DNA from: Monocercomonoides exilis PA203
Lineage: Eukaryota > Protista > Preaxostyla
Length of the DNA: 64,000 nt
Direction: 5' to 3'
Assembly (NCBI GenBank): GCA_001643675.2
Contig: LSRY02000006.1
Span: forward strand, 248,001 to 312,000
Shown here: piece after piece, positions 14,520 to 24,107 of the stretch
Numbering within the stretch: position 1 is the stretch's first letter
Layout: every line of letters starts with the position of its first letter
The notes under the pieces: model-generated
What the model was told of the DNA's origin: nothing
Database searches by the model: none
What the model saw: the letters and a program-made list of their open reading frames with translations, nothing else
Made by a program: the position numbers and the translations under genes

Positions 14520-17500
14520 ATCAAACAATCTGTTGTTCGAAATCCATTTCCATATTCAGTATTGACTCCAAATTTGTTCCTTTTCAAGAAGTGCACACCC
14601 ATGAATTTCTCAGTTTCTTCCAAAAAAGTCATTCTGAAAAAAAAAAATCTCACCAACACAATCGATTCAAAATAACACATGATAATGCAACCAGGCATGC
14701 AAATTGAAATTCTTTTGGAAAAACAAAACAAAACAATCAAATAATAAACGCACTCAGTTGTTTGTTATTCACATTTGGAGCATTCAGCAAACAACTGCAA
14801 CGAGCAAAAGTCCCATGAAAACATCAAGCACCACCATCGTGTCAACACAGTCAATCCAATGATGAAATAATATGAGCAATTTGGTTTTGCCGATATCACT
14901 TTGTGAAATGTTATCTTATTCAGAGACAACTCACTTCTCATCATTTCCAAGTGATTGGCAATACGATTATATGTTTGGGAAAAGCGTTGTTCTCCAAATC
15001 CAAACAGATCACAACAACGCATTCATTTTGTTGTCTGACGAAAGAAACCCTCACAAAGAAGGATTGATGGAATCTGCATTTCTGCATGTGAGACGCACAG
15101 ATGACGATGTTGTGTTTTCTTCAAAAAAGAGATCATCAACCATCTTGTTCCAATAATTCAGCATCAGCCCTCCCCAAAGCCATTGGGATTCTTTGTGTTG
15201 GAGCTGCTGCAACAAAGCTGATTGAATTTCAGACACACAGGCATTTTTCTGAGAAAAAGATAAATAACAACGCCCTTTCTTTGGATGCCTTGATGAAATG
15301 TTCAAAGTCCTGTAATTTTCTCTTTCCAACTTCGATTCTCGCATTCTTTCCTTTTGTTTGCACACAAAATATCTTGGAGGCAAATCGGTTTGCTTGTTTC
15401 AAAAAAAGAACAATGAGCATTATTTCCATTCTCAATGCTTCTGAATGCAGGAGTCTCCAAAGGCAACAGACAGCAAAGACAAAGATGCTCAATCCGCAAA
15501 AGGAAGTGGTCTTCACTTTGAAAATTGCAGACAATCGCTTTGGCTGTTGTTCTTTGGCAATTTCATTGTTTGGTTTGTTTTCAACACTTTCATCACAAGA
15601 AATGGTCAATTCAAAACAAAAAGAAAGAAAAATCTTTTTCTTCATTTCATTGTTTGAATTCATTTCAAATTTGTGGATTTCATCAAAACATTCAAAATGC
15701 AAACTGACTCTGGTCAGAAATAATTCATCACAAATTCAGCTTTTGAATCTGTCCAACTATTCTGATATTCTTTCATTCTATTGTTCAGCCTTTCAGTTCT
15801 GAAGGTTGTTCTTTTTATTCGACTTCTTCTTCGAAGAAATAATATGTTGAATGAATTGATCTGTTGGAAACCGATTTCTGAATTTGAACAATGTCATTAT
15901 TGGAGTTTTTGCGTTGATATTCCAAATCAAAAAAGGATTGTTCGGTGTGGGGAAATTGTTCCTTTCATGAACAATTGGTACTCATTTGCAGCATTTAACC
16001 AAAATAAAATCTGAAGTTTTTGGCTTGTGCAGAAAAGAAATTGGATTCTTCTTTGAAAAATAATTCTCTTTATTTTTAAATTTTAGCAAATGATAAATTA
16101 TCATTGCTCCCATTGTGAAAAAATCATCTTTTATTGTTTTCTGAAAAATTCTTCATGTTGCAATGAATATTGGCTCGATATTGTTTTTTGTTTTTGCTTG
16201 CTTTTCGATTTTTCGCTTTCAAAGGGAAAATCAAAATGAATCGGGAGAAAAATCATTATGTCTATTCGGATCCGACATATAATCTGGTTGTGCATAATCA
16301 GCATTCGATGAATCTGCTCATTTCATCGTGTCTTATCTTTTCTTTCGTGGCTTCTGGAAACAGCCTTGAGGGAATTGGTTGTTGCCACCATGCAACAACA
16401 ATTATGAATTCAGGTGATCATGGCCTGTCTTTTGGCCAAACGAATCACGAGAAGAGAAAACAAGAGGAAATCAAAAATGAACTCTCATTTTTGATTCTCA
16501 CAAACTCCACCATTTGTTTATCTGCCCTTTCCTATAACTTATATTCTGAGGGGCATTTTGCGTCTCTCGAACTGAATTCACAATTGGACATTTGCTGTTG
16601 CTCGTTCAACGTGATCCCACAATCGAAAAATCTGCTTCATTCATTCGCAGGCCGAGTATCTCTCAGAAACATCTCTTTCAGTTTTGTGGTTCAGGATCGC
16701 CAATTATCGTCTTTGATAGCTCATCATTCAAAGGATGTTCTTCCTCATGGCAGCGAGTTGTGCTTGTCTTCTTCGATGTTTTCTTCATTTGAAGTTTTTG
16801 GCAGTGGTCCATTTCTTTCTTCGAGTTGTCTGTCATCAGTGTCTGTGTCTGATGCTTTGTTCCAAAACATCACTTTGCAAAACACAATGAGAAAATACAA
16901 CAAAGGAATTGGACGTTCTGAAAGAGTCTTGGTGGAAAGCACAATGATGATTGGTTGTGAAAGTCCGTATTCTGGAGGCATTCTTTCTCCAGCAAAGATC
17001 TCTTTTCGCTGCAATAATTCCTCATTTCTGAAATGCTACACAACTTATCATGAAAGACAACCATTTTCAGAAGGAGAAAATGAGTTTAACGATGACACGT
17101 TCAATGTTCAAAGCGATGAAACAGGTGGTGCTTTTTATGTGAACAATACAGCATCTTTATTGTTACATCGATGCACTTTTTTGAGATGTTCTTCAAAATG
17201 GCATGGAGGTGTTGTTTATATGCTCAAATCAACTGGAAGATTTGTATCAGAAGAATGTGTTGTTAATGAATGCTCAGCACCAGGAGAAACAGGTGGATAT
17301 AGAACTGATAATATCTTTTCTTTCCAAATGAATTCAACATCATTCACCAATTGCTCATCAGAAGGCAAAACTTGTTTTTACATTCCGAATGCAGATAAAA
17401 ATAAGTTCATAATAAATTCATGCATTTTTTACAATGCGACTTCAATCCAGTGCTCTTCGGTCACTCATTTTTTTGAAATAAGAACATTAACATTGATATC

Positions 17501-20500
17501 GAACTGTTTGATGCAGAATTGCAGGAGCGAAGGCTATGCTCCTTGCATATTTTTTGCTCAACAAAATGAACTGTATCAACCATCAATAAATTTAAAGTTT
17601 TGCCTTTTCCATAACAACACGGCTGAAAATGACGCATATGGGCATGATATTCATCTTGCGAATTGTCAAAAGTGGAAGGAAATCGAGGAAAATAACATTT
17701 CTGATTGTTTCTCCTCAAGTGAATCCCCAAGAATTACAAGATGCGATGATGGAGACTACAAATGCACTGAAATTTCAGATCTGAGTTCGTGGCTGAGCGA
17801 TTATGAAAACATTCACCAAATAACAGCTGATTATTCAGTGGGGATTGATCATGAACAATGTGGTTTTGCACCTTTGTGCCGTTCAATCAAATATTCACTT
17901 GAGAGAACAACAAGCAATTCAAACAAAACTCTGATCCTGCGACCAAGTGTGTTCCAAGAAGAACAAATATCAATAGCTTCCAACAATTTCAGTGTTTGTG
18001 GACTGTCAAAGAATGAGTGTGTTGTGCAATCTTCTTCATCGTTGGAGTCTGTCTTTCATGTTTCATCCGGAGCCTTTGGCGTTCAGAAAGTGACAATGCT
18101 CCAAGCGAATGCAGAGAGTGGGAAAAGCATGCCATTTGTGGTGATGGCTGGCGATGGATCGTTGACAATGGACGAATGCGAAATATCATCGGTTGACAAC
18201 ACTTTGCAGCTTCAAGCATCTTTCATGCGCTTATGCGCAGGGAATGTGGAATTGTCAGGAGTCGGAATTGCTGGAATGAATTTCTTGTCTGACAGTTTCA
18301 TCGCATGCAATGTGAATCAGCCTGGCTCAGTTCTGAATATGGTGAACACAAACTTTTCTTTGATCCAAAGGATATCGGGAAATGGAGGGGTTATCGAAGC
18401 TCATGGAACATTCTCGTTCGGCATTATCGCTGAAGACTGTCATTTTGAAAATGTCTCCTCAAGCGATAACGGAGGTGGTCTGTGTGTTTTCCTCCAAGAA
18501 AGCAGCAAATGCACATTAAACGGAACATGCATCATTGATGGATGCAAGGCAGAGAATAATGGAGGGAATGGAGGGAGAGGAGGGAGAGGAGGAGGGATGT
18601 TTGTGCTGATGGAGAGTGGGGGATGTGGATTGACAATTGGGCAGAATGTTGAGTTTTCGAAAGTGAGGGAGAATGTGGCAGAATATGGGAAGGATGTGTT
18701 TGTTGATTGTGGGAGTGGAGTGTTTCTTGAGTCAAAAGTGAATAACAGCTCATTTGCATTGTTTGACACAAGCGCCATTCCATCAGATGTGCTGAAGCTG
18801 AGTGGGAGTGAGAATGGGGATGAAAATGGAGTGATTCCACTGTTTGTGTATTTGTGCACAATGGGAACAAAGGTGATTGTTGATGGGAGTGGAGGAAATG
18901 GGATGGATCACAACCATTGTGGGTTTGAGGCATTCAGGTGTTTGACAGTTGATTATTGCGCGAACTCAAGATTGAGTGAAAGTTCAAAAGAAATAGAGGT
19001 TGTCTCACCTTCGTCAATAAGGGATGAAATTAAAATTTCTTTATTTGGTGTGATAATTTCAGGCAGAATAGCATCATCATCAGAGGGAGAGAGGAAGCAG
19101 GTGAGTGTGAGTGATGGAGGATCAGCCACACAAGATTGGCTTGTGGGATGTTCGAGTTCACTGACAATGAGCAGACTTTCATTTGTTGTGAAAGGTCAGT
19201 TGAATTCAAGGAGAAGTGCATTCGTTCACTCAACATCAACAATCAACATGACGAACTGTTCAGTCTCGTTTGAGGGTGGGGCATTGACTGATGGAAAGAT
19301 CGGATATAATGTGATAAACATTGAGGGTGGAGAACTGATTGTTGATGGATTTGTGATGGAAGGGGGAGTGATAATGAATGGGAAATCTCCAATTGCAATT
19401 TCAAATGGAGCTGAATTGGAGATTTTGAACAGCAGGGTGATTGGAGTGGAGGTGAATGTGGCAGGTGGAAGTGGAGGAGGGGGATGTTTGAATGTTGGGA
19501 TGAAGGAAGGTGGATGTGTGAATATTGAAGAAAGCAATTTGTCCTCGATCTGCTCAGGTGGAAGTGAGATGAAAGGAGGAGGGTTGATGATATCAGTTGG
19601 AAGTGGAGGAAGTTTGGAAATGAAAAATGTGAATTTGTCTGAGTGCAAAGTGCCAACAGAGGATAGAGAGGATGGAGGAAGAGGAATTGGAGGAGGGATG
19701 TTTGTGAAGCTGCCAGATGAGATGGGATCATTTGTGCTCGAAGGAATGATATTTGAGGGATGTGATGCCTGGAAAGGGAAGAACATGTTTGTTTCAGGAT
19801 GGGTTCTGAGAGAGTGTGTGAACAAGGAGCGCTTCAAATGGGAGATGAATCCAGAAGAGTTAGGATCGTTAGATGAGCTGTGTGGATGGGAGAGGAAGAC
19901 AACAAGAGAGGATGGATATGTGATTCCATTGGTTGTGTATTTGTGGAGTAATTGGAGTGGAAATGGGTTTGTTTCGAAAGATGGAGGAGGAGACTTCAGT
20001 GGATGTGGATATTTGGAAGCACCATGTTCATCGATTGACCACTTGGTATCACTGAGATATTCGACACTTGATGAAGGGGAATCCCACATCAGCATTGTGG
20101 GATCAGGGCTGTTGAAACATTCCATATCATTTTCATCTTCTTCCTCATCGCCTCCAGCTTCACCTGATTCAGAGTCACAAAAAGTGGTGATTGAAGGAAC
20201 AATGAAAGGAACAGCAGTGATGACAAGCAATGATGAAGATGAGAATGATTTGATTGGTGGATCATTAATATCATCTGGTGTGAGTTTGACACTGACAAAT
20301 TTGTCATTCTCAAATCCAAATCCAAACAGCCATCATGAGATACTGATCGAATCATCAGGAGCAAACATCTGTTTGTCAGTCGTGGATTGCTCATTTGCCT
20401 CATTGAATGGAATGGCAGATGCAGGATTTTGTGTGATGAAAGTGAATGGAGGCAGAGTTATTGTTCAAGGATGTTCGTTGGATGCAGCTGGAGAGTTGAG

Positions 20501-21470
20501 AGGGTTCATCGCTTTCAGTGCAACAGCAACAAAGGAGGTGATTGTGGAGGATGTGAATATCTCGAATGTTGGGGTGAAAGAGAGAAGTCTGATATCGATG
20601 TTTGAGGATGAGCAGACGAATGGGATGAAAACCAAAAGAGGGATAAACAGGGGAGAAAACAGGCATTCAAACAACGAAAAAGTGGTGATAAAAGTGAATG
20701 GTTCTTCGTTCACAAACATCACAAATGGAGAAAACAGAGCAGGGGTGTTGAGTGTGGATTCATTTGCGAGGGCAATGGAGTGTGTGTTGGAGGGGTGTTC
20801 GGTTTCGAGCTGCAGGAGTGAAATGAGCGAGGAAGGAGGAGGGATGAAAGTGTGTCTGAAGAGAGGAGAATCAGAAGTGAGAGTTGTTGGATGTTCGCTG
20901 GGGATGTGTTCGTGCTCGGGGGTGAAGGGGAGAGGAGGAGGGGTGATGGTTGATGCACTTGACCCGAATGAGGGTGGAGCCAGTGCATTTGGGCCTGTTG
21001 GGATAAGGATGGAGAATGTGAGGTTTTGGGGGAACGAGGCATTTGTGGGGAAGGATGTGTTCATCAGATGCGAGTCGATTGCCGAACAGATCAATGAGAC
21101 ATTGTTTGTGCTGGATCTCAGCCAGGATGCCCTGAAATCCTCCAACTCCATCTGTGGGTCTGACAAGGAGAGGGGTGATGTTGATCTGATCCCTCTGATC
21201 ACATTCTATTATGGCCAGCAGGTGTTTGTCTCTGCAAGTGGAAGAGATGACAGACAATGTGGGGCACAGAACAATCCTTGCCTGAGCATTGGCAGTGCAG
21301 TGAAGCACATTCAAAGAGGTGTGTGGAATTCCATTTGGATTGATGGGGAAGGTGTGATTGGGGGAGTGTGTGTGATTGGGGATATGAATGTGAAGAGTCT
21401 GAAGAAGACTCGATCCACAATCCATCTTGAAGGAAACATGGAGGTTGTGGGGGATGAAGGGAGTGTGGTT
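14520..21470. repeat. Inverted repeat 1, right arm (pairs with 1..6960)
   Basis: Reverse-complement match to 1..6960, covering the upstream non-coding region and the first ~1750 codons of receptor B. Confidence 0.95.
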
Positions 21471-24107
21471 GTGTCTGTGAATGAGAGTGCTGTGGAGAAA
21501 TGTGAATTCTTGTTTGGGTTGAGTTTTGAATCAGAGCATTCAAGCATTGTGAAAGTGAAGAATGGGACATTGGGGGTGAGTGAGTGTTGGTGGAAGAGTG
21601 TTGGAATGATGACACTTTTGAACAGCACAATTGTGGAAGTGGAGAGTGGAGAGCTGGAGATGGAGAAATGTGTTGTCAGCTGTGTTTCCACTTCACGAGA
21701 GATATTGTCAGTCTGTGAAGGGAGCAAGGCTGTGATATATCAGCTGAGGATGAGCGATATCGAGAGCGAGGATGGAGGGATTGTTGATGCGAAGAAAGCA
21801 AGGGTGGAGGCGAAGGAGATGTCGATGAGCAACATCACCAGACAGAACAGAGGGAGCATTGTGAAGATCGTTGATTGTGCAGAAAGAGTGGATTTGATGA
21901 ATTGCTCGATGAGGATGTGTTTGGGGAAAGAGGAGAGAGGATGGATGGTGAGTGTGTGCAAGTGTGAGTGTGTGAATGTTGATTGTTGTGAGTTTGATGG
22001 AGAAGAGGAAGAGAATGAAAAGAGATCAAGAAATGAGCAGGATGAAGGAGAAAGAAGAGAGGAGATATGCAAGTGGAATGGCTCAATGGTTGAATTTGAG
22101 AAGAGTGAAGTGGAGATGAAAGTGACTTCGATGAGAAACAGCAAGAAAGGGGGATTGTCAGTGAGTGGAGGAAGCGTTGCGATTGAGAAAGGAGAGTTTG
22201 CGAACAACAACCCATCCATTGGAAAATATCCCTCAGCTCGGAGAAACATATTGTGTTCGGATTCTGCTCAGCTGAATATCATAAGTCTGAAGGGAGGAGA
22301 TGGGGTTTTACCAAATACATCACTTTGGATTCTGAATGATGGATGCAGTTTGATGGGGATTGTTGAGGAGCGAGCATCGCCATTGTTCATCCCCACACTC
22401 CGATCGGTGGAGACAGAGGAGAAGGAAGGGGTGCTGGATGTTGTGTTCAGGGGCACACTTCTTCTGCCATGCAACCTGTCGTTTCGGGTTGTTTCGTCGG
22501 TGGGGGATGTGGAGCAGATGGAGACTCACGAGATAAGTGAGTCTGGATTTGTGAGTGAAGAGGAAGTTCGTGGCACAACTGTGTTGGAGATGGTCAGAGG
22601 AGCAGAGGCGAGTGCGGAAGTGAGGGTGTGCATCTTGTTTGGAGATGGCCATTCTCCCTCGGCAACTGAGTCATTCATCCTGAAGAACAGGAGCGAGACT
22701 GATCCAAAGGGAGATGAAAGGATTGTTGAAGGAGGAAAAGAAGGGAAATCGATATGGCCAATCGTTGTGATTGTATGTGTTGTATTTGTTGCGCTTCTGC
22801 TTGTTGTTGTTATTGTTCTGGCTGTACGCTGGAGAAAGGTTAAGAATGAAGCAGAAGATCTGAGAGAGATTGTGAATGATAACATCAGAAAGGATCCGAA
22901 GGCATTTGAGATGGTGACAATGGAGATGTCGCCTGAGGAGCAGTGGAGAAGAGCTGAGAGAGACGCAGAGAAGAGGAATGATGAGAGGATAAAGAAGAGG
23001 GTGTATGGGAAGCAGATGCAGCATTCTGAGTCTTCAGAGCATCTTCTATCCGAGAGTGGATCGACTGAATACATTTTGGGCAGAGATTCAGACAAGATCC
23101 CTCAATGGGCACTGGAGAAGGTTGATGAGAAAGAGGAAGAAGAAGAGGAAGAAGAAGAGGAAACAAGGAAGAGAACTCCTTCACCATCCATCTCATCCAC
23201 TTCAACAGCTGATTCTGATTCAACTTTTGTTCGAGTGGAGAGTCTGTGTCCAACCACCTCATCCATGTCGAATCTGGTGGATGCAATGGCATGTTCGTCT
23301 CCTCATGAGAAGCTGATTGTGGACTTGAGGGATTCGCTGTTCATGCTGCTGCACGGAAGGAATAAGACAAAAGAGATGGCGATTGGCACTCTGCAGGAGA
23401 GGGAGCAGACAGCTGCTCAGATCCTGTTCTGGGTGGCAAATGGAGCTCTTCATTCATTTGATGAGATGGAAAATCCACTTCAGTCACTGACAAATCTGAG
23501 TCCTCACATTGTATTGTTCTCGGAGCATATGGTGATCTGCATTGTGATGCATTCGGACTTCTCATCTTCAGACTCAGATTCATCATCGATCTCATCAACA
23601 ACAGTTGTGACATCTGCAAGTGATGATGATGATGATGACTCCCTTCCCTCGTCTGCCTTTGAGGATGAGGATGACTTCAAAAAAGAGTGCCTGAGGTGGA
23701 AGGCGCCTGAGCTGCTGATCAACAAGAAGATGGGTGCAACCAAGGAGTCGGTGGCATTCTCGATCGGGATGATGGTGTGGGAGTGTCTGACGCTCCAGGT
23801 TCCGTTTGGTGATTATGAGGCAGAGGTGGCAGGGCAGAAGATCGTGAATGGGGAGAGGCCAGCCCTGGGCAGCGCGGAGCGATCGTCGTTCTGCTCTGTG
23901 GTTGAAAACTGCCTCAACAGCCTTTCGCAGAAGCGCCCATCCCTCGCAACCCTCAAAAGAGAGCTCTTCCTGCATTTTCCGCTGGGAGCGATGGTCCTCA
24001 CAGCCTCAGATGCCATCGATCGCACAACGGACAGCCAGCAGTCTGGCAGAGGTGCATCGAGTGAACTTGCTTGCAGCGAAAGCGAAATACTTGAAAATCG
24101 CAACTAG
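16236..24107 (+). CDS. Giant single-pass receptor, copy B (intact, ~2620 aa): signal peptide, beta-helix/pectin-lyase-like repeat ectodomain, TM helix, TKL-type pseudokinase
   Basis: Uninterrupted ORF. First ATG is 16236 (alternative 16308, MNLLISSCLIFSFVASG). Four GxDxxxCG...C modules with GNGG/GGG, GKDVF and IPLxVY motifs. TM WPIVVIVCVVFVALLLVVVIVLAV-RWRK at ~22753-22835. Kinase C-lobe motifs RWKAPE, FSIGMMVWECLT..VPF and GERP, with no GxGxxG, VAIK, HRD or DFG. Confidence 0.9.
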   Translation: MNREKNHYVYSDPTYNLVVHNQHSMNLLISSCLIFSFVASGNSLEGIGCCHHATTIMNSGDHGLSFGQTNHEKRKQEEIKNELSFLILTNSTICLSALSYNLYSEGHFASLELNSQLDICCCSFNVIPQSKNLLHSFAGRVSLRNISFSFVVQDRQLSSLIAHHSKDVLPHGSELCLSSSMFSSFEVFGSGPFLSSSCLSSVSVSDALFQNITLQNTMRKYNKGIGRSERVLVESTMMIGCESPYSGGILSPAKISFRCNNSSFLKCYTTYHERQPFSEGENEFNDDTFNVQSDETGGAFYVNNTASLLLHRCTFLRCSSKWHGGVVYMLKSTGRFVSEECVVNECSAPGETGGYRTDNIFSFQMNSTSFTNCSSEGKTCFYIPNADKNKFIINSCIFYNATSIQCSSVTHFFEIRTLTLISNCLMQNCRSEGYAPCIFFAQQNELYQPSINLKFCLFHNNTAENDAYGHDIHLANCQKWKEIEENNISDCFSSSESPRITRCDDGDYKCTEISDLSSWLSDYENIHQITADYSVGIDHEQCGFAPLCRSIKYSLERTTSNSNKTLILRPSVFQEEQISIASNNFSVCGLSKNECVVQSSSSLESVFHVSSGAFGVQKVTMLQANAESGKSMPFVVMAGDGSLTMDECEISSVDNTLQLQASFMRLCAGNVELSGVGIAGMNFLSDSFIACNVNQPGSVLNMVNTNFSLIQRISGNGGVIEAHGTFSFGIIAEDCHFENVSSSDNGGGLCVFLQESSKCTLNGTCIIDGCKAENNGGNGGRGGRGGGMFVLMESGGCGLTIGQNVEFSKVRENVAEYGKDVFVDCGSGVFLESKVNNSSFALFDTSAIPSDVLKLSGSENGDENGVIPLFVYLCTMGTKVIVDGSGGNGMDHNHCGFEAFRCLTVDYCANSRLSESSKEIEVVSPSSIRDEIKISLFGVIISGRIASSSEGERKQVSVSDGGSATQDWLVGCSSSLTMSRLSFVVKGQLNSRRSAFVHSTSTINMTNCSVSFEGGALTDGKIGYNVINIEGGELIVDGFVMEGGVIMNGKSPIAISNGAELEILNSRVIGVEVNVAGGSGGGGCLNVGMKEGGCVNIEESNLSSICSGGSEMKGGGLMISVGSGGSLEMKNVNLSECKVPTEDREDGGRGIGGGMFVKLPDEMGSFVLEGMIFEGCDAWKGKNMFVSGWVLRECVNKERFKWEMNPEELGSLDELCGWERKTTREDGYVIPLVVYLWSNWSGNGFVSKDGGGDFSGCGYLEAPCSSIDHLVSLRYSTLDEGESHISIVGSGLLKHSISFSSSSSSPPASPDSESQKVVIEGTMKGTAVMTSNDEDENDLIGGSLISSGVSLTLTNLSFSNPNPNSHHEILIESSGANICLSVVDCSFASLNGMADAGFCVMKVNGGRVIVQGCSLDAAGELRGFIAFSATATKEVIVEDVNISNVGVKERSLISMFEDEQTNGMKTKRGINRGENRHSNNEKVVIKVNGSSFTNITNGENRAGVLSVDSFARAMECVLEGCSVSSCRSEMSEEGGGMKVCLKRGESEVRVVGCSLGMCSCSGVKGRGGGVMVDALDPNEGGASAFGPVGIRMENVRFWGNEAFVGKDVFIRCESIAEQINETLFVLDLSQDALKSSNSICGSDKERGDVDLIPLITFYYGQQVFVSASGRDDRQCGAQNNPCLSIGSAVKHIQRGVWNSIWIDGEGVIGGVCVIGDMNVKSLKKTRSTIHLEGNMEVVGDEGSVVVSVNESAVEKCEFLFGLSFESEHSSIVKVKNGTLGVSECWWKSVGMMTLLNSTIVEVESGELEMEKCVVSCVSTSREILSVCEGSKAVIYQLRMSDIESEDGGIVDAKKARVEAKEMSMSNITRQNRGSIVKIVDCAERVDLMNCSMRMCLGKEERGWMVSVCKCECVNVDCCEFDGEEEENEKRSRNEQDEGERREEICKWNGSMVEFEKSEVEMKVTSMRNSKKGGLSVSGGSVAIEKGEFANNNPSIGKYPSARRNILCSDSAQLNIISLKGGDGVLPNTSLWILNDGCSLMGIVEERASPLFIPTLRSVETEEKEGVLDVVFRGTLLLPCNLSFRVVSSVGDVEQMETHEISESGFVSEEEVRGTTVLEMVRGAEASAEVRVCILFGDGHSPSATESFILKNRSETDPKGDERIVEGGKEGKSIWPIVVIVCVVFVALLLVVVIVLAVRWRKVKNEAEDLREIVNDNIRKDPKAFEMVTMEMSPEEQWRRAERDAEKRNDERIKKRVYGKQMQHSESSEHLLSESGSTEYILGRDSDKIPQWALEKVDEKEEEEEEEEEETRKRTPSPSISSTSTADSDSTFVRVESLCPTTSSMSNLVDAMACSSPHEKLIVDLRDSLFMLLHGRNKTKEMAIGTLQEREQTAAQILFWVANGALHSFDEMENPLQSLTNLSPHIVLFSEHMVICIVMHSDFSSSDSDSSSISSTTVVTSASDDDDDDSLPSSAFEDEDDFKKECLRWKAPELLINKKMGATKESVAFSIGMMVWECLTLQVPFGDYEAEVAGQKIVNGERPALGSAERSSFCSVVENCLNSLSQKRPSLATLKRELFLHFPLGAMVLTASDAIDRTTDSQQSGRGASSELACSESEILENRN

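Noticed and set aside
14507-16014. ORFs of 60-233 aa in the upstream duplicated region (and mirrors at 5392-7020)
   Set aside because: No recognisable domains, and the frames are broken differently in the two copies.
17135-17670. Diversity-generating retroelement (TR/VR pair) as the source of the variable cassette
   Set aside because: Differences involve all four bases and many synonymous sites, not adenine-specific changes. Both copies are coding and there is no DGR-type RT.
18440-24103. Numerous antisense and alternate-frame ORFs over the large genes (also 46-3033, 35938-47864, 49407-63951)
   Set aside because: These are shadow ORFs caused by biased codon usage and low-complexity sequence in the real CDSs.
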